This document shows positions 35,424 to 43,951 of a DNA stretch of 64,000 bases, piece after piece; the first letter of the stretch is position 1, and every line of letters begins with the position of its first letter. The translations under genes and the position numbers were made by a program. Source of the stretch: Thermoleophilia bacterium (GTDB lineage Bacteria; Actinomycetota; Thermoleophilia; Gaiellales; SKUG01); the NCBI GenBank assembly GCA_039811765.1, contig JBDHZF010000001.1, positions 457-64,456 of the forward strand, written 5' to 3'. The notes under the pieces were generated by a model. It worked only from the letters and a program-made list of their open reading frames with translations. It had not been told where the DNA came from and did no database searches.

Positions 35424-36355
35424 TGCGACGGCGTCGCCGACGCGGCCGAGGCATTCCGACCGCCGCGCTCGTCGCCGGCGTGGTCGTCGCCCTCGGCGCT
35501 TCGGCGTGGCTGTTCATTGCGCAAGGCAGCGACGATTCGGACGCGAAGCGCGAGCACAACCAAACTGAAGCGGGCGAGCAGAAGGACCAGGCCGACAGCG
35601 TGCTGGAGCTGCCGAAAGACGACACGCCATCGGGCGATCGCCTGGATCCCGACGCGGTTCGCAACGGTTCGCGGGGCGAGGACGACGACGCGAACGAGGA
35701 CGACGCGGGCGTCGATGCCGACGGCGGCGCGAGTCCGGCCCTGCTGCAGCACCTTCGCGGCACGCGGGTCGCGCTTGCGAACGCCGCCGCGGCTGGCGCG
35801 GGCGACGAGGACAGGATATTGCGCATCGGCGCGACGCGCGTGGCCTGCGCTGCCGCGACCGATCCTGTGCGCGCACGCGCGCAAGAACAGTTGACCGCCG
35901 AACTCGCACGCCAACTCGCCGCCGCCGGCGCGACGGTCACGCGCGCGGACGATCGTCCGTCGTGCGTGGACGCGCGATCGACGAGCTTGGCGAAGGCCGA
36001 GTACGGGATCGTCGTCGGCGACGCGGATGCTCGACGCGTGCTGCCGGCGACCGGCGCGAACGCAAACGCTGCGCCAACGCCAGGCTCGAGGAGCCTCGCG
36101 AACGAGATCGCAGGCTGGCTTGGCCTCGACGGCTCCACGATTGCGGCAACCTCCGCCGCTCGACAACACGTTGCGAGCGTTGCGGCGATCACGACGACGA
36201 ACGCAGCGTCGATTGCGCTCGTCGAGGTCTCGTCCTCCGACTTGCAGGCCACCGCCGCGAAGGAGACGGCCGCGTCGATCGTCGCCGCGATCGCGAGCGC
36301 CGCGACGCACGCTATTGCGCCGCAGCCTCGCCCCACGGATGGTGCGCGACCGTGA
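35423..36355 (+). CDS. Membrane-anchored hypothetical protein (acidic linker plus Ala-rich C-terminal domain)
   Basis: The ATG overlaps the Rrf2 stop (TGATG). MRRRRRRGRGIPTAALVAGVVVALGASAWLF forms a TM anchor, followed by a D/E-rich stretch. The function is unrecognised. Confidence 0.65.
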   Translation: MRRRRRRGRGIPTAALVAGVVVALGASAWLFIAQGSDDSDAKREHNQTEAGEQKDQADSVLELPKDDTPSGDRLDPDAVRNGSRGEDDDANEDDAGVDADGGASPALLQHLRGTRVALANAAAAGAGDEDRILRIGATRVACAAATDPVRARAQEQLTAELARQLAAAGATVTRADDRPSCVDARSTSLAKAEYGIVVGDADARRVLPATGANANAAPTPGSRSLANEIAGWLGLDGSTIAATSAARQHVASVAAITTTNAASIALVEVSSSDLQATAAKETAASIVAAIASAATHAIAPQPRPTDGARP

Positions 36356-37712
36356 CGACCCGCTCACCTTCGGGACCGTCCGGCAGGTAGACCCGAAAGG
36401 ACGCGCCGGTGCCGGCGCGATTGCCGTCGCGGTCGCCTTGGTGACGCTCCTCCACCCAGGCACGTCCACCGTGCAAGCGCGCGAATCGATCCACGAGCGA
36501 CAGCCCGATGCCCGTGCCGGGTTTGTGGCCGCTCGTCAACGCCCCGCGCTCGAACGGCGCGAAGATCGTTCCGCGATATTGAATCGGCACTCCGGGACCC
36601 TCGTCGTCCACGCGCAGCAAGATTCCGTCATCCACTCGTTCCAGATGGATCTCGACCGTGGACGATGCCGGCGAGTACTTGAGCGCGTTGCCCACGAGGT
36701 TGTCGATGACGCGCTCGACCTTCCCCGCGTCGACGATTCCGATCGCATGCTCCTGATCCACGACGAGCGACCGACCGGTTGCTTCGGCGGCTCGATGCGC
36801 GCAGGCGCGCGCGAGTTCGGCGACATCGACGCGCGCACGTTCGATCGACACGCTCCCACGCCCCATCCGCTCGATGTCGAGCAGGTCCTCGAGCAACCGT
36901 TCCAACCGATGCGATTCCTCCACGACGTGATCCAGCATCACGCGCGCCTCAGGCGCGAGTCCGGGCGAGAAGTCGCGAATCGTCACCGAGAAGCCCAAGA
37001 TCGAGGTGAGGGGCGTGCGCAGCTCGTGCGACACCGCGGCGAGGAACGTGGAACGAAGCTCGTCGAGCGATCGAAGCGCCGCGGCGGCCTCTTGCTCCGC
37101 ACGCAGCGCGAGCAACAGCCGCGCGTGTTCGCGACGGGCGCGCTCGGCCATCCACCCGGCGACGCACGCGATCAGGAACCCCACGCCCACGCGGAAGGAG
37201 ATCGAGGTCCAGTAGAACCCGAACTCGAATCGGTCCGAAGCCCACGCGTCTCGAAGCGCGTACGACACGCCGACCACGCCCATCGTGATCAGCGACCCAC
37301 GAATGCCGTATCGATACGCGCCCTCGACCACTGCGACGTACCCGACCACGAAGATCGCCGTGTAGACGTCGAACGAGAAGACCCAAATCAGCGCGATCGC
37401 GAACGCCGTGTCCGCAGCCAACGCGAACGCGCCCACCCAGCCGCGCCCCTCGTACGCCTGCTCGGTGCCTCGCTCGCGCATCCATGCGACCGTGATCACG
37501 ATCGAGCACGCCGTGATCGTTGCGATGACGGTCCATGCCGCGGCGCGATACCCCGCCGGGTACGGCAGGTAGAACGTGGCGACCTGAACGGCGGCGAAGA
37601 CGATCGCGACCCACCGGATCGCGACCATCACCCCTTCCGCGTCCACCCGCTTCACATCGGCACGAAGTTCCACGTTCACATCGTACGTCGCCAAGGCGCA
37701 CGGAGCCAGCAT
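36312..37712 (-). CDS. Sensor histidine kinase with a polytopic membrane N-terminus (no adjacent response regulator)
   Basis: H-box FLAAVSHELRTPLTSILGF, N-box GNALKYSP and G-boxes DDEGPGVP and GTGIGLSLV. There are about six N-terminal TM segments. The exact start is uncertain. Confidence 0.88.
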   Translation of the reverse strand: MLAPCALATYDVNVELRADVKRVDAEGVMVAIRWVAIVFAAVQVATFYLPYPAGYRAAAWTVIATITACSIVITVAWMRERGTEQAYEGRGWVGAFALAADTAFAIALIWVFSFDVYTAIFVVGYVAVVEGAYRYGIRGSLITMGVVGVSYALRDAWASDRFEFGFYWTSISFRVGVGFLIACVAGWMAERARREHARLLLALRAEQEAAAALRSLDELRSTFLAAVSHELRTPLTSILGFSVTIRDFSPGLAPEARVMLDHVVEESHRLERLLEDLLDIERMGRGSVSIERARVDVAELARACAHRAAEATGRSLVVDQEHAIGIVDAGKVERVIDNLVGNALKYSPASSTVEIHLERVDDGILLRVDDEGPGVPIQYRGTIFAPFERGALTSGHKPGTGIGLSLVDRFARLHGGRAWVEERHQGDRDGNRAGTGASFRVYLPDGPEGERVVTVAHHPWGEAAAQ

Positions 37713-37751
37713 TCGAACGAATCCTTTGCAGCATCTCGCAGTCCTTTCGCA

Positions 37752-37859
37752 CTAGAGGACGTGGCAGAAGTCCCCGTGGATGGCGGGCGAGCGGCCCGGC
37801 GAAGCGAGCGCCGTCCAGGCGCCGACTGACGCCGCGCGGATTTCTGCCACGTCCGCTAG
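37752..37859. repeat. 108-bp element with 18-bp terminal inverted repeats (MITE/REP-like)
   Basis: CTAGAGGACGTGGCAGAA (37752-37769) matches the reverse complement of TTCTGCCACGTCCGCTAG (37842-37859) at 17 of 18 positions. The arms stay partly complementary for about 10 more nt. The left arm recurs at 30887. Confidence 0.7.
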
Positions 37860-37915
37860 CGAATCGCACGACAACCAAATCGTTCCATTCGCGCGGATCT
37901 GAGATATTGCGTCGC

Positions 37916-39406
37916 ATGACACAGCCCGACGCCGTTTCGCAGCACGCCCCGTCCTCCGCCACGTCCACTGCGATCAGCGTGATGCACGGGGACGGCATCG
38001 GCCCGGAGGTCGTCTCGGCTGCGCTGCGGCTCATGCAGGAAGCCGGGGCCAAACTGGACGTCGAAGCGTGCCGCGCGGGAGCGCAGGTGTTTCGCGAGGG
38101 CAATTCCACCGGCGTGCCGCAGGAAACGATCGATTCCATCACCCGAACGGGCGTGGCGCTCAAGGGGCCGCTGGAGACGCCGATCGGCTACGGCGAAAAG
38201 AGTGCGAACGTCACGTTGCGCAAGCTGTTCGAGACGTACGGCAACATTCGCCCGGCCCGTGAGATTCCCGGGCTCGCCACGCCGTACGCCGGCCGCGGCG
38301 TGGACCTCGTCATCGTTCGCGAGAACCTCGAAGATCTATACGCGGGCGTGGAGCACATGCAAACGCCGGGCATCTGCGTCTCGCTGAAGATCATCACGCA
38401 CCACGGAAGCGAGAAGATCTCGCGCCTCGCGTTCGAGTACGCGCGCGCGACGGGTCGCAAAACCGTCACGTGCGCCACGAAGGCGAACATCATGAAGCTG
38501 GGCGAGGGGATGTTCAGCCGCACGTTCGACGAGGTGGCAGCGGACTACCCGGACGTCGAGGCGCGCCAGATCCTCGTCGACAATTGCGCGCACCAGCTGG
38601 TGATGCATCCCGAGCAGTTCGACGTGATCGTCACCACGAACATGAACGGCGACATCCTCAGCGATCTCACGAGCGGCCTGGTGGGCGGCTTGGGCTTCGC
38701 GCCGAGCGCGAACATCGGCTCGGAGACGGCGATGTTCGAGGCTGTGCATGGCTCCGCGCCGGACATCGCGGGCAAGGACATCGCGAACCCGTCCGCGCTG
38801 ATGTTCAGCTCGGCGATGATGTTGCGACACATGGGCCAGCCGGACGCGGCCGACGTGATCGAGGACGCGCTGCTGTTCACGCTCGAAGAAGGACGCTTCC
38901 TGACCGGCGACATCGCGCGCGACCATGAAGCCGTGGGCACGACGGCGTTCACCAACGCGGTGATCGACAACCTCGGCAAGCAGCCCACGGTAGGCGAACG
39001 CCGAACCTCGAAGCCGCTCGTGATGCCGCACAGCAGCTGGCGACCGGAGTTCGTGCGCGCGAAGGTCACCGAGGTCGTGGGCATGGAGGTGCTGCTCGAA
39101 AAAGAGGACATGAGCGCGAACGAGGTGGGGCATCTCGTGGAGCGCTGCGTCGAGGGCAGCCCGCTGAAGCTGGCGCTCATCTCCAGCCGAGGCAACAAGG
39201 TGTACCCCGGCGATCCGGACGACGTGGAGATGATCGAGACGTGGCGCGCGCGATTCGTGCGAGTCGACGATTCGCAGTCCGTGACCGACGAGCAGATCTT
39301 CCGCGTGGTGAGCTGCCTGGGCGAGAACTTCCGCTGGTCCAACCTGCAGAAGCTGCTGATGTTCGACGGTGAGCTCGGCTACACCAAGGTCAGCGGCGAG
39401 GCCTGA
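37916..39406 (+). CDS. icd: Isocitrate dehydrogenase (isocitrate/isopropylmalate dehydrogenase fold) with a ~150-aa C-terminal extension
   Basis: In-frame ATG 37916. Motifs present: SANVTLRKLFETYGNIRP, VRENLEDLYAG, NMNGDILSDL and HGSAPDIAGK. Confidence 0.88.
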   Translation: MTQPDAVSQHAPSSATSTAISVMHGDGIGPEVVSAALRLMQEAGAKLDVEACRAGAQVFREGNSTGVPQETIDSITRTGVALKGPLETPIGYGEKSANVTLRKLFETYGNIRPAREIPGLATPYAGRGVDLVIVRENLEDLYAGVEHMQTPGICVSLKIITHHGSEKISRLAFEYARATGRKTVTCATKANIMKLGEGMFSRTFDEVAADYPDVEARQILVDNCAHQLVMHPEQFDVIVTTNMNGDILSDLTSGLVGGLGFAPSANIGSETAMFEAVHGSAPDIAGKDIANPSALMFSSAMMLRHMGQPDAADVIEDALLFTLEEGRFLTGDIARDHEAVGTTAFTNAVIDNLGKQPTVGERRTSKPLVMPHSSWRPEFVRAKVTEVVGMEVLLEKEDMSANEVGHLVERCVEGSPLKLALISSRGNKVYPGDPDDVEMIETWRARFVRVDDSQSVTDEQIFRVVSCLGENFRWSNLQKLLMFDGELGYTKVSGEA

Positions 39407-39464
39407 CGGGGCGCAGAGCCAGCATCATTCCCGCCATTTCCCATCGGAATGGTAGACTTTTGGC

Positions 39465-40442
39465 ATGGCGCCCATGCTCACAACACCAGCGACGACGATT
39501 CGACGACACGTCACCGACGAGCAGCTGCACGCTCGCTTGCTGGACGAGGTGCGGACCGGTCTGGTGTCAGAAGCGCCGTGGCTGCCCACGCGACTGCTCT
39601 ACCTCGGGCTGGGCGGGCGCCGCTTCGAGGCTGTCGCCGGCGATCCGCGATACCGACTCGCGCGCCGCGAACAGGCGCTGCTTCGACGGCACGCGCGCAC
39701 GATCATGCAGCTCGCGGATTGCAGCCATGTCCTGGAGCTGGGCGGCGGAGCGTCCGAGAAGCTCGCGACGCTGGTCGCGTCGACCGACGCCCCGCTAACA
39801 GTTACCGCGGTGGACGTGGACGAGCCGGGAGTGGTGCGGGGACTGGACATGCTCGCGACATCGCACTCACACGTACGCGACACCGAAGCGATCATCGGCG
39901 ACATGCTCGACGATTCACACGAGTTGCCGCGACACGGTCGACGCTTGGCGGCGCTGCTCGGCAGCACGCTCGGCAACTTCGACGAGCAAGAGCGAACCGT
40001 GCTCCTGCGTTCGGTCGCCAGCAGCAGCGAGTCGGGCGATGCGCTGCTGCTCGGATTGGACGTGAACGGCCGCGGGTTCGACCAGTTCTTCGCGTACTCG
40101 AGCGACGCGATCTCGAACTTCAATCGCGAAGCGTTCACCACGCTTGGCGCGCTGCTCGCCGAACCGCTGACGCGCGACGACGTCGACCACCGCGTGGAAT
40201 GGAGCGACGTCGAACGCGCGGTGCGCGTGCAGCTCGTGCCGCGACACACGATCGAGCTGACGAATCCGGCCCTCGGCGATTCGATCACGATTCGCGCTGG
40301 CGTGCCGATCACAACCGCCGTCAGCCGCAAGCCACGCCCGGACACGCTGGACCGCGAGCTTGCCGCCGCTGGATTCGACCGCACGACCTGGTGGTTCGAC
40401 GACTCAACGCTGCATGCCGTGGTGCTGGCGCGAAGTGGCTAA
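39465..40442 (+). CDS. EgtD-like SAM-dependent amino-acid N-methyltransferase (Methyltransf_33 family)
   Basis: Motifs present: LELGGGASEKLATLV (SAM motif), LLGSTLGNF, AYSSDAISNFNREAF and the C-terminal TTAVSRKPRPDTLDRELAAAGF..TWWFDD, matching the EgtD layout. Confidence 0.8.
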   Translation: MAPMLTTPATTIRRHVTDEQLHARLLDEVRTGLVSEAPWLPTRLLYLGLGGRRFEAVAGDPRYRLARREQALLRRHARTIMQLADCSHVLELGGGASEKLATLVASTDAPLTVTAVDVDEPGVVRGLDMLATSHSHVRDTEAIIGDMLDDSHELPRHGRRLAALLGSTLGNFDEQERTVLLRSVASSSESGDALLLGLDVNGRGFDQFFAYSSDAISNFNREAFTTLGALLAEPLTRDDVDHRVEWSDVERAVRVQLVPRHTIELTNPALGDSITIRAGVPITTAVSRKPRPDTLDRELAAAGFDRTTWWFDDSTLHAVVLARSG

Positions 40443-41735
40443 GGCGTTCGCCACGATCGCGGCTTGATCGCGCAGCTCCACCACCGCGGTGGTCTCCAGC
40501 AGCTCGCCGCGCCGCAGCGCGCCGATGACGTAGATCGAGGGGGAATCCTCGGCTCTCCGACCAACGGGCGGCGTCAGCCGGCCATCGACGTCCGCGCGCA
40601 CGCCGATTCGCAGCGCGTCCGGTTCGGCGAGGCGGCGTTGGAGCAGCGACCGCACGAAAGGATCGGCGTGGTCGAGGATCGACGTGCCGAACCCGGTGCA
40701 ATTGATCACTCGATCGGCCTCGGCGATCGCGTCCTCGACAGGGCCAGACCAGCGTCGCAACCGCCCGTCCTGTTCGAGCTGGGCGACACGCTGCGCGATC
40801 GCCGGCGCCATGCGATGGCGGATGCACTCCCACGCGCGATCGTAGTGGTCGAAGAACCGCTGCTGTTCGGCTGGAGGGAGCGCGCGCCACAGACTCTGTG
40901 TTCGCGGACGCAGCGCGTCGACCACGTCTCGCCAGTCGAGCCCGACGATCTCGGCGCGCGAGACTGACCGGTCGAAGGCCGCGGCGTAGGCGTCGGCGGT
41001 CGCGTCGACGGTGTCGAACGCGCTCAAGTCCACGTCCGCGGGTCGACCCGGCTCGACGAGGTGCGCGCGTGGCGCCAAGCCAGTGCGAGAGACGGTGAGC
41101 ACCGTCGCGGCGGGATCGACGGTGCAGGTGGTGAGCGCGAGGTCGACTGCGGTGAGTCCCATGCCGATAAGCAGCGTCGTGGCGCCCACGGGAACCGCTG
41201 TCAACGCTTCGGCAGACCACGGATCGTCGATTCCGCGGTCGCCAGCCAGCTCGCGTATCGAATCAGGCAAGCGGGACGGCGCGGGCCCGATCGCAACCAC
41301 GACGTGATCGGCGACGATCGTGGATTCGTCGTCCAGCTGGACCTCCAACCGCTCGGGTCGGCGAATGCCGATCGCGCGCGCGCGACGATGCTCGACGGAT
41401 CGACCGCGTTCGCGCATGCGCTCGATCGCGTCGCTTGCGACATCGGCGAGGTAGTCGCCGTAGCGGGCACGCGGCTGGAACTGCGCGGACGTCGAGTCGA
41501 CACCGTGCTCGCGCAGCCAGCGCACGAATCCATCCGGATCGTTGGCTGATGCGCCCAGCACGCCCGCGCGCACGTTGAGCAGGTGTTGCGGATCAGGCGT
41601 CGAGTACGCGCCGCCCGGGCCGATGCGCGACGCGGGCTCGATCACCGTCACGTCCGCAGCGGTGTCTCGCGCCGCCAGCTCGGCGAGCAGAAACGCGGCG
41701 GCGCACCCACCGCCCACGATCGCGATCTTCGTCAT
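40404..41735 (-). CDS. FAD/NAD(P)-binding flavoprotein (YdhS/NAD_binding_9-like)
   Basis: In-frame ATG 41735, ATGA overlap with the rhodanese stop. MTKIAIVGGGCAAAF, GPGGAYS...HLLNVRAG and a second GxGxxA motif (LLIGMGLTAVD). Confidence 0.8.
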   Translation of the reverse strand: MTKIAIVGGGCAAAFLLAELAARDTAADVTVIEPASRIGPGGAYSTPDPQHLLNVRAGVLGASANDPDGFVRWLREHGVDSTSAQFQPRARYGDYLADVASDAIERMRERGRSVEHRRARAIGIRRPERLEVQLDDESTIVADHVVVAIGPAPSRLPDSIRELAGDRGIDDPWSAEALTAVPVGATTLLIGMGLTAVDLALTTCTVDPAATVLTVSRTGLAPRAHLVEPGRPADVDLSAFDTVDATADAYAAAFDRSVSRAEIVGLDWRDVVDALRPRTQSLWRALPPAEQQRFFDHYDRAWECIRHRMAPAIAQRVAQLEQDGRLRRWSGPVEDAIAEADRVINCTGFGTSILDHADPFVRSLLQRRLAEPDALRIGVRADVDGRLTPPVGRRAEDSPSIYVIGALRRGELLETTAVVELRDQAAIVANALATSRQHHGMQR

Positions 41736-42568
41736 GCCGTCCCCATTTCGATCGGCGCGCCGACCAAGTTGCTCCACTCGATCCACGAGCCATCGTAGTG
41801 TCGCACGTCGTCCAACCCGAGCAGCTCGGAGAGCACGAACCATCCATGCGCCGCGCGCTCGCCGATCCGGCCGTACGTGATCACCGGTTCGCTGCCGGTG
41901 ACGCCCGCTCGCGCGTAGAGCTCGCGCAGCTCGTCCACGGGCCGGAACGCGCCGTCCTCGGTGAGCGTGCAGCGCCACGGCACGTTCACCGCGCCGGGGA
42001 TGCGTCCTGCTCGCGCCGACCCCTCGCCGGGGAATCCGGCAACGTGTGCCACCGATCCTCCGTACTCGGCGGCGCTGCGCACGTCCACGAGCGGGCCGAG
42101 CGCGCGATCGACGAAGCGCGCCACATCCTCGCGATTGGCTCGAATCACAGAATCGTCACGCTCCCTCAGGGCGAACGTTCGCTCGATGCGATTCGGCTCG
42201 GACTCGTCGAGCGGTCGATCCTGCGCGATCCACAGCTCGCGTCCACCATCGAGCAAGCGGAGGTTCGGCGCGCCGAACAGTCGAAGCACCCAAAACGCCC
42301 ATGCGGCACGGCAGTTGTGCGAGTCCCCATAGAGCACGATCGTCGATTCCGAATCGACTCCCATGGAACCGAGCAGCCGCTCCATTCGCGCTCGATCGGG
42401 AAGGTCGCGCACGACAGGATCGGCGAGATCGCGCGCGCTGTCGATGCGATGAGATCCCGGCACATGTCCTTGGTCGTATGCGTCGTGGCGCTCGTCGACT
42501 TCGATCACGACGACGTTCGGGTCGTCGATGTGTCGCTCGAGCCACGATGCGTCGACGACTGGCTTCAT
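41732..42568 (-). CDS. Tandem-rhodanese (thiosulfate sulfurtransferase-like) protein with Gly at the catalytic Cys position
   Basis: Track ORF of 278 aa with a two-rhodanese-domain layout. The active-site loop reads TYGRIGERAAH where the family has YCRIGERS. The Gly codon GGC is at 41870-41872. Confidence 0.85.
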   Translation of the reverse strand: MKPVVDASWLERHIDDPNVVVIEVDERHDAYDQGHVPGSHRIDSARDLADPVVRDLPDRARMERLLGSMGVDSESTIVLYGDSHNCRAAWAFWVLRLFGAPNLRLLDGGRELWIAQDRPLDESEPNRIERTFALRERDDSVIRANREDVARFVDRALGPLVDVRSAAEYGGSVAHVAGFPGEGSARAGRIPGAVNVPWRCTLTEDGAFRPVDELRELYARAGVTGSEPVITYGRIGERAAHGWFVLSELLGLDDVRHYDGSWIEWSNLVGAPIEMGTA

Positions 42569-42571
42569 CGA

Positions 42572-43903
42572 TCAGGCGATCGACGCAGGCACGAGCAACT
42601 CGAATGCCGAGCCTTCGATCGCGCGAGCGTCGATCCCAGCACGACGAAGCGCGCTGGCCACAACGCGAGCGCGGTACCCGGAGACGCACGCGAGGGCGAG
42701 CGGCCCGTCGGGCGCGAGGGACGGATCGCCAAGCAGCAACGAACCGGGGATCGCAACGGCGCCGGGCATCGGCTGTTCGCGCACCTCAGCGGGATTGCGA
42801 ACGTCCACGAGCGTGCGTCGCCCTTCGCGAACGTCGGAGACGAGGTCGCCTTCGGTCGGCGCGCCAACGGCGGGTTCGGTCGCGAGCTCGGACGCCGCGA
42901 CCCATCCGGCGGCGCCTGGCTCGAACACGTCGAGCAGCATCGCATTCGCGTCGTTGGCGCGATCGGCATCGTCGGCGACGAGGATCACGCGCGGCGCGCC
43001 GTGCGCGGCCATGCCGGCCCACACCGTGAACGCCGGACCGGGCGGCAGCTCGATCGCCCCCGCCGCGAGCGGATAGTCGGCGCTCCGGTCGCGCACGTCG
43101 AGCAAGACGTCGTCGTCGCGCAGGTCCCCTGGGGCGAGGCACGGCGCGTCGAATCGCTCCACGGGCGCGACGCCGCGCATGTTCGCTGCGCGCGTGGTGG
43201 GCCAGAACTTTGGAACGGGTGGCAACCCGGCTCTATCGAGCCAGTCCTCGATCCCCAGATCGCGTGCGCGAAGCATCGACGCGATCGCCTGGTTGGCGGA
43301 TCGCTGCTCGCCGATGGTCGTGCTCGTGCCGGGCGCGATCGCTCCGGCGCAGAGCGAGCCCGCGACGTGGGTGGGCAGCACGAGCACGTCGTCGTCCTCA
43401 GCCTCGACGAGATCGAGGATCGTCGAGGCGAGCGCGGTCGCGTGGCGACCGACTCGTTCCGGGCCGCCAAGCAGATCCGGTCGACCCACGTCGCCCACGA
43501 GCAGGCTGCCGCCGCTGAGGATCGCGATCGTCTCGCCGTCGCGCACGCGAACCGCGGTGTGCTCGGGGGTGTGACCGGGCGTGTGCAGCAGCGTGACCTC
43601 GACGGTCGGACCGAGTTCCAGGACGTGGCCGTCGCGGGTTGGAATCGCGTCATAGCCGACGGTCGAGCCGATCGGCGCCAGCGCGGTCGCGCCCAGGGCG
43701 ATCAGCGCGGACAATCCGGAGAGGTAGTCGTTGTGCCCGTGCGTGTCGAGGACCCACGCGATCGTGGAGCGCTGCTTCGCCGCCGCCTCGAGCAGCGTGG
43801 ACACGTCGCGGGGCGGATCGACCACCATGGAAATTCGCGTCTCGGGATCGGTCACGAGGTACGAGGCGTGGCCGAGCTGGGGATTGTGGAACTGCTCGAT
43901 CAT
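42572..43903 (-). CDS. CstB-like persulfide dioxygenase (MBL fold) fused to a pseudo-rhodanese and an active rhodanese domain
   Basis: In-frame ATG 43903 with AAGGAGGA SD. Motifs present: DTHGHNDY, LHTPGHTPEH, a middle rhodanese-like domain without Cys, and the C-terminal loop ACVSGYRA. Confidence 0.85.
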   Translation of the reverse strand: MIEQFHNPQLGHASYLVTDPETRISMVVDPPRDVSTLLEAAAKQRSTIAWVLDTHGHNDYLSGLSALIALGATALAPIGSTVGYDAIPTRDGHVLELGPTVEVTLLHTPGHTPEHTAVRVRDGETIAILSGGSLLVGDVGRPDLLGGPERVGRHATALASTILDLVEAEDDDVLVLPTHVAGSLCAGAIAPGTSTTIGEQRSANQAIASMLRARDLGIEDWLDRAGLPPVPKFWPTTRAANMRGVAPVERFDAPCLAPGDLRDDDVLLDVRDRSADYPLAAGAIELPPGPAFTVWAGMAAHGAPRVILVADDADRANDANAMLLDVFEPGAAGWVAASELATEPAVGAPTEGDLVSDVREGRRTLVDVRNPAEVREQPMPGAVAIPGSLLLGDPSLAPDGPLALACVSGYRARVVASALRRAGIDARAIEGSAFELLVPASIA

Positions 43904-43928
43904 GGCGAAATCCTCCTTGCCTTCTTTT

Positions 43929-43951
43929 CCTACCTGTTTAGTAGGGTATAC
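43929..43951. promoter_or_regulatory. AT-rich pseudo-palindrome plus -10-like TATACT in the divergent cstB-like / cysteine-desulfurase spacer
   Basis: The sequence is CCTACCTGTTTAGTAGGGTATAC. CCTAC/GTAGG arms are present, with TACC...GGTA halves and TATACT at 43947-43952. It is the only AT-rich patch in the 104-bp spacer. Confidence 0.3.
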
